Under the pieces are notes generated by a model. It searched no databases, was not told the origin of the DNA, and saw only the letters and a program-made list of their open reading frames with translations. Shown piece after piece: positions 57,544-64,000 of a DNA stretch of 64,000 nucleotides. Both the position numbers and the translations under genes were made by a program. Every line of letters starts with the position of its first letter. The first letter of the stretch is position 1. The DNA comes from Eledone cirrhosa (lineage: Eukaryota): NCBI GenBank assembly GCA_964016885.1, contig OZ024742.1:131812001-131876000 (forward strand). Reading direction: 5' to 3'.

Positions 57544-57954
57544 TCAATCTGTCCACTATTAAAATGACAACGCTTCACTCCATCAACACCTTTACAACTA
57601 GATGTACACGACCACGATTCATTCATTTTCTCAATTCCTTTCTTCAGTCGACATCTACCCTTGTTTTCTCCCAACTCTCCACATATATTTTCTTCCCTAA
57701 ATAACCAATCAAAACAAAGAAAGACTGACGACCCGAAATGAATGAGAACAGATATATTTTTTTAACGCTGCATGCGAAACATTCCGTCAATAAGCAAACA
57801 TAATATTACATTTGTTTAGTACAACCCGAAAGTACATACTGCAAACTACGCATAGAGTGCTCACTTCGATGAACCAACATACATATATATATATATAATG
57901 GTTGCATTCTCTAAGGGTATGTCAATATTTATTTATAAAACTGCTCTATATTAT

Positions 57955-58057
57955 AATTTTTCTGATGAAAGCACACCATAATTTAACTTGGTGTCCTTGA
58001 AATATGTATAATGAAATAGATATGGTTTTATAAATATACTTTCCATATGTTAATATC

Positions 58058-58060
<3 letters not shown>
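57955..58060 (+). ncRNA. HHR within a solo pLTR fragment related to the 35892-40832 element
   Basis: CTGATGA-AAG.ACACCA...TGGTGT.CTT-GAAATATGTATAATGAAATA, then ATATGGTTTTATAAAT...TAATATCGTA as in the pLTR. Confidence 0.7.
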
Positions 58061-58152
<92 letters not shown>

Positions 58153-58231
58153 AAGAGAGAGAAAGAAAGTGAGAGATAGAGTGACAAGAGGTCGGAAAGT
58201 TGAGATTCCTTCAAATTATTTATTTATGCAG

Positions 58232-58283
58232 ACACGATATATATTTCAATGGCCAGCAGAATTTCCGCCACATCATCAGGTGT
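58232..58283 (-). ncRNA. Type I hammerhead ribozyme
   Basis: Minus strand ACAC-CTGATGA-TGTGGC...GCCATT-GAA-ATATATAT-C-GTGT. Confidence 0.65.
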
Positions 58284-58321
58284 ATTGCATCACAATCATA
58301 GAGGAATCTTGGTAACACAAG

Positions 58322-58640
58322 CTGGGTACACGGAGACAAAACATAAAAAAAAATAGAATTGGAGATATTTGATTCAGGGTCAGTCTACATCCATTCGTTT
58401 AGACTGACTGCCCCTGAATAAATAAATACATATTGTGTTGGTGTATGGGAGGATGGGCTGTTAGGTAGTGGGATGTAGTTTCAACTTGCTACTATGCAAC
58501 TTGCTACTATAATATATTCATCTATACTAGAAGCTGGTGCCATTAGATAGGGACAGTCAGTCTAAACGAATGGACGCAGGCTACCCCTGAATAAATTATC
58601 ACCAATTTTATTTGTATTTTTCTTGTCTCCGAGTACCCAG
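58322..58640. repeat. Fold-back inverted repeat
   Basis: 58322-58413 is the reverse complement of ~58550-58640. Confidence 0.7.
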
Positions 58641-58683
58641 GTATAGTAGTTTGTCCAACAAGTGAAAGTACTGACCTTCCTAT

Positions 58684-59837
58684 ATACGACATGGTAAGAT
58701 TGAACCTCGTTGATCAATATAGTCGTGTTGAGTATGAATCTGACTGCACGTACATACTTTTTTCAATATGATCGATTGAACCAGTCGTGAGGTACTGCTG
58801 TTTATGTACAGACGTGTTTATAACCATTGTTACATTTGCGATGCTAGAAAATATCGAACAAATGGACACGACCAACTTTGGTGTGAAACTCAGAAAACGT
58901 ATCACCAAAACATTTAATTCTTTAATTCAGGCTTATGGATATGCCACATAGCTTTGAAATAGGAACGAGAAAATATTTAGGACGAACCTCGTTGTCGAAG
59001 TCCAGTCTCATCAACAAATGGACAAAATGTGGAAGTGGTGCATGTAGTGATGGAAAAGATAAGATGATAACAGAAGAAATGGGATTAGATAAAAAATGTT
59101 GTTTCCAGAAGTTTAGCAGATCATTTGGACATGCGAAACATTTGTGCAAAACTAATGCCCAAATATTTGCCTGTGGAACCGGCTGATATCTGTCAGTATT
59201 TGATAGAAATACTAGAAAGTGGGTCGAATATCTTGATAAAGTAAAAACTGGAAATGAATCATGGGGTTTTTACTACGATGCAGAGACAAAACGGCAAAAT
59301 GAGGAGTTTCCGGAGAAACCTTGCATGAGCAGATACAGTATGAAAAGGATAATTATCTTTTATTTCGATGATGTGGTATAGTTCAGAAAGAATCTTTAAT
59401 TCCAGGACATCTAGTTAATGGGCAGTTTGGAACTGTGCTCCAAAACCGGGTCCCGTGATAGTCCGAAAGTACATTGCAAGAGTTTAGTTGTTGCGCCATG
59501 ATAACGCGCCTAATTTCACAGTAATTTCAATTAGAACATTTCTGGCAGAAAAAAAGCATTCGCACTCTTTCACAACCTCGCCACAGATCAGATAATACAC
59601 CATGAGATTACTACCTCTTCCAAAATTGAAATTGAAGTGGAAAGGTCATTTTGGGGCAAAAAGCATTGTCACCGACGAAGTAAAGATACTCACAGAAAAT
59701 TATTTCCAGCACACCTACGATCAATGGAAAAACGTTGGAACTACTGTGTCACTTCCCAAGGGTCGTATAATTTCATGTATGTCTAATGTACATTTAATGA
59801 AAACATCAAGACCCTTAGTTTTCAAGCAAATCTCGTA
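58684..59837 (+). mobile_element. Decayed mariner transposon
   Basis: TGNESWGFYYDAETKRQ, HDNAP, DYYLF/KLK motifs; TACGA...TCGTA ends. Confidence 0.75.
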
Positions 59838-59880
59838 TACGTACATACATGCATACATACATACATACATACATACACGT

Positions 59881-59929
<49 letters not shown>

Positions 59930-59933
<4 letters not shown>

Positions 59934-60420
59934 AAATATTAATAAGAAAACACCCAGAGAATATCAAAATTGCTCCCGTAGAGTCAAAAGTGAATGCCCA
60001 TTACAAGGTAAATGCAACACCAAAGCCAATGTATATGAGGCCAAAGTGACAACCTACAGCAACAACCTACCAACCACCAGCGAACGATATGTGGGTATGA
60101 TACAAGACAAATTCAAAACGCGTTATTACTCACATGTCGCATCTTTCCGACATCATGAAAAAAGATTTACAACAGCTCTGGCTAGCAAAATTTGGGATTT
60201 GAAGGACCAAGGTATCCAATATATATAAGATTGGTCAATTTCGAACCAATCTAAAGAATGCGCAGGAAGAACAGGAATATGCGCACTCTGCATAAGCGAA
60301 AAATATTGGATTTTACAGCACCTTAAATCTCCCAAAACCTGCCTAAATGAAAAAAACAGAAATGTTCACCAGTTGCCAACACATGAAATCACACTTGCTT
60401 TCCAGCTCATATAAACTTAA
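59930..60420 (+). pseudogene. PLE GIY-YIG endonuclease fragment
   Basis: CPLQGKC..VYEAKV..YVGM..FKTRYYSH..SF..TALASKIW.LK; CALCISEK. Confidence 0.8.
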
Positions 60421-60879
60421 CTAACTTTCAGACACTTATCCTCCATAAACTCTTGTTCTTCACTTTCCTTAACTTACCATTTTTATAGACTTCTCATTCA
60501 GTTTTACTTATCTTTTATTTTTACTTTACATCCACTAATGAACCCCCCCCCCCTGCTATTTGATTAATTAATTTTATATCTTAATTATACGTTATGTACA
60601 TTTATTTTACTTCCCACTTTTCTTTCACTACCAGATATCCCTGTCACTTGTGTTTTGAAATACAGATATTTTCCGTTGTCCCTTAGCCGCTTTTATGTAT
60701 GTATACTTGCGTATATTTTGTAAACATCTATTCATACGGTTGTTTCTTTAGATATGTATGTATGCGTATGTGTGCATGTGCGTTTACGTATGTGTTTTCA
60801 CATGCATATATATATATATACTTATATATAAACATTGGATTGAACCATAAGTAGTTTGTATTTCTGCATCTTAGTTCAA

Positions 60880-61697
60880 TCCAATGGTTCAATCCAATGG
60901 TTCAATCCAATGTTTAACTCCCCTATAAAAACTAAGCTACCTTACACTTTCTTCAAATTAGTTGACAAAGATTTCCCTAAAATTCATAAATATGATAAAA
61001 TCTTTAATATAAAAATTATCAAACTATCATACTCCACTTCCAACAACATAGAATCGTACATACATAAAATTAACTATAAGAGAATTTATAATACAAGTGG
61101 CCCGCAAATAAGTACCATAACACCTAATACAAAACATAAGCATATAACATCATCACAACCAAAAACACGTCAGATCACATCACCACGATACATTAACAAA
61201 CCCAATTCTTAGCCTATACGTAGCAACCTACAAAACCATGTAGGAGAACCAGCGCATAGAAAAGCATGTAAATGTAACTGCCATCTTCCTGACAAATGTC
61301 CTTTACAAAACAGATGCCTAGAGACAAATATAGAATACCTATGTACTATAAATTCAGGTAGTTAGCATGGCATTACATTGGTTCCACAGCTGGGGAGTTT
61401 AAGAAAAGTTGGTACGTACATAGACACTCTATGACAAACAGGAATCTCTCTAAGACAACGACTCTCGCCAATAAAATCTGGCAACTTAAAGGTGCAAACA
61501 TGGAATATAAAATCAGCTGGACAAAGCTATCAAAAGCAAAGGCCTTTCAAATTGGTATGTCCCACTGTGGTCTCTGTAATATGGAACTTCTCCGAATTTT
61601 AAATTACAACAAATTTCTTCTTAACAGTAAAATTAATAAAACCAGTTTTTGTCGACATAAATCGGCAACTAAATTTGAGAACTTTAGACCAGCTTAA
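60880..61697 (+). pseudogene. PLE thumb-linker-GIY-YIG fragment
   Basis: WFNPMF..FFKLVDKDFPK..KIFN..KLSYS; CNC..CPL; YIGST; TTLANKIWQLK; CGLCNME; FCRHK. Confidence 0.82.
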
Positions 61698-62325
61698 TTC
61701 CATCTTATCTATTCCATAACCCAGATTGTACCACTTGGATTTATTATGATATCACATTATCAACATCATCATCATTATAATTATAGTTATAATTGTCATC
61801 ATCTATCAAAGACCAACATCAAAACCTCTTATATTTAGATTCTTATTTTATATATCTCTATTTTTCACTCTTTATCTTTATATTTCTCTCCCTAAATTTA
61901 TTTCATCTCTGTCATTTTATTTTATCATATAATATAACTTAAAACTAATTAATTAATTTATTTATTAAAATAACCAATACACACATTAATATATTTAACA
62001 TTATCATATTTTCACCTCATTATCTCTCCATGTTTCGACAATTCTCAAAAGCCATTTTTACTCCCTTTACGTATTTATTTGTATGCTTCAATGTTCACAT
62101 TGTATACCACATTAGATATAACTTATTTATATATTTATTTATTTATCAATTTTTTATATATATTTTTATATATTTGTTCATATATTTTTTATATATCTAT
62201 TTTTATTTTTATTTACATTTAATCATGTATTAACGTTTATTCATCTATTTGTCCCTCTATTCTTCTTTCTATCCTACGTTATTCTTACTTATGTTTGTCT
62301 CTCATCTATCTACCATTATCTTCTA

Positions 62326-62505
62326 TTGGCAGTATCGGTAGAGGGTTGGACGCCATGCTTTCTAGCATAGTTACGTCCCTTTACAGTCTGAGTTAAAATA
62401 CCGCCGAGGTTAACTTTGCCTTTCATCCTCACGGGGTCGATAACATAAAGTACCAGTAATGTACTGATTAATTACTGGCCTTGTGCCTAAAGTAGAAACA
62501 ATTAT
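62326..62505 (+). mobile_element. SINE family A inserted in the PLE 3' region
   Basis: TGGCAGTATCGGTAGAGGG...GAGTTAAAATACCGCCGAGGTTAACTTTGCCTTTCATCC. Confidence 0.8.
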
Positions 62506-62729
62506 CTTCTATATATCTTCCTCTCTTTATATTTCTATCTATAATAATTTCTCCTTTTCTTCCTCTTTCTCTTTTTCTTTTTCTTTCTTCTTTTTCCTTC
62601 CTTTCCTTTCTTTACTGTATCTATCTAACTTTCTTCCTCATTTTCTCTCTATATCTTTATTATTAATATTATTATTGATGATGTAATTTGAATTTGTAAA
62701 TTTGAAGGTTACATATATATATTTTTTAA

Positions 62730-62839
62730 CAGTTTCCGATGATCTAATAGAGTTACCATCGTATTTAAAATTGAGTGGCACTGTTTTTAGTGTTCAGTAA
62801 TTTTTAGACAACTCTATCAGTGAAACAATTGTTAGACTG
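62730..62839 (+). ncRNA. Degenerate HHR with long stem II, downstream of the PLE fragment
   Basis: CAGTTT-CCGATGA(U4>C)-TCTAATAGAGTT...AACTCTATCAGT-GAA-ACAATTGT-T-AGACTG. Confidence 0.55.
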
Positions 62840-62892
62840 CAAATAAATGCCCTTTTTGTACTGTTGACCATGTTATTCTCCACTTTTTTAAA

Positions 62893-62969
<77 letters not shown>

Positions 62970-62979
62970 AATGTATATA

Positions 62980-63041
<62 letters not shown>

Positions 63042-63075
63042 TATATACATATATTTATATATATATACATATATT

Positions 63076-63151
<76 letters not shown>

Positions 63152-63154
63152 TGT

Positions 63155-63237
<83 letters not shown>

Positions 63238-63802
63238 TGTGTGTGTGTGTGTGTGTATCATATCTGTGAATAACGTTTTGAAATTGAAGAATGATAACAT
63301 ATTTATCAGATATCATCATGTATTAACATACCATTTATAATGTAGTATGCCAGTCACGTGACTCGGTAGAAAGTAATAAACCGTCTCTAGTGACAAACAA
63401 CATATTTTGTATTTAAAGCTCTCAGTTACTTCGGCATTCTCATGTCATTCAACCATCATCCATTTTTAAAAATATTCCTGAGTCCAACGATCTAAGTCTT
63501 TCTTTTTAAAGGAATTCAAACTAAAAAACACACAGAATTAATTATCAGTGCGTAATACATACATACAAACACACGCGCTCACACACACATGTATATCTAT
63601 ATACATACAAACATATATATATACTTATACTCACACGCATACATACATATGCATATATAAATATATATGGAGACATAGATATGGCTATATATTTAAACAA
63701 GCATATATCTATAAATACCAGCACAAACGCAATCACACGCACACACACACACCATATATAGATATAGATATATATATAGAGAGAGAAAGAGAGAGAGATG
63801 TA

Positions 63803-63848
<46 letters not shown>

Positions 63849-64000
63849 ATATATATATATATCATACATCTCTCTCTCTTTCTCTTTGTGCATGTATATT
63901 GGATTGCTAAATCATAATATTTGTAACTATTCGCTTCAGTAAGAACCGGCATTGAGTGACAAGGCTCCAAGAATCCTCAGTGCCTGACATATACACGTGA

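Overview
Eukaryotic, AT-rich, microsatellite-saturated (TA/CA/GA) non-coding DNA. The repeat style and tRNA-derived SINEs suggest an octopus or other cephalopod genome; this is inference. Almost all ORFs in the track are microsatellite artefacts. The real content is mobile DNA dominated by Penelope-like elements (PLEs) and hammerhead ribozymes (HHRs). The centrepiece is at 30.6-40.8 kb. A 5.1-kb array of an essentially invariant 310-bp non-coding unit carries one type I HHR per full copy (16 in all, retrozyme-like) and flips orientation once at ~32925. About 160 bp of (TA)n further on lies a near-intact PLE (RT plus GIY-YIG endonuclease, split by one frameshift) with HHR-bearing pseudo-LTRs and the same inverted+direct architecture. 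About 13 further solo HHR motifs of several designs, including a U3-A8 core variant, are scattered in fold-back PLE derivatives. Other content is decayed RTE, Vingi-like and CRE-like LINEs, two mariner fossils, a non-autonomous Helitron, many SINEs and one weak candidate first exon of a host gene. All structures were read by eye; no folding program or database search was run.
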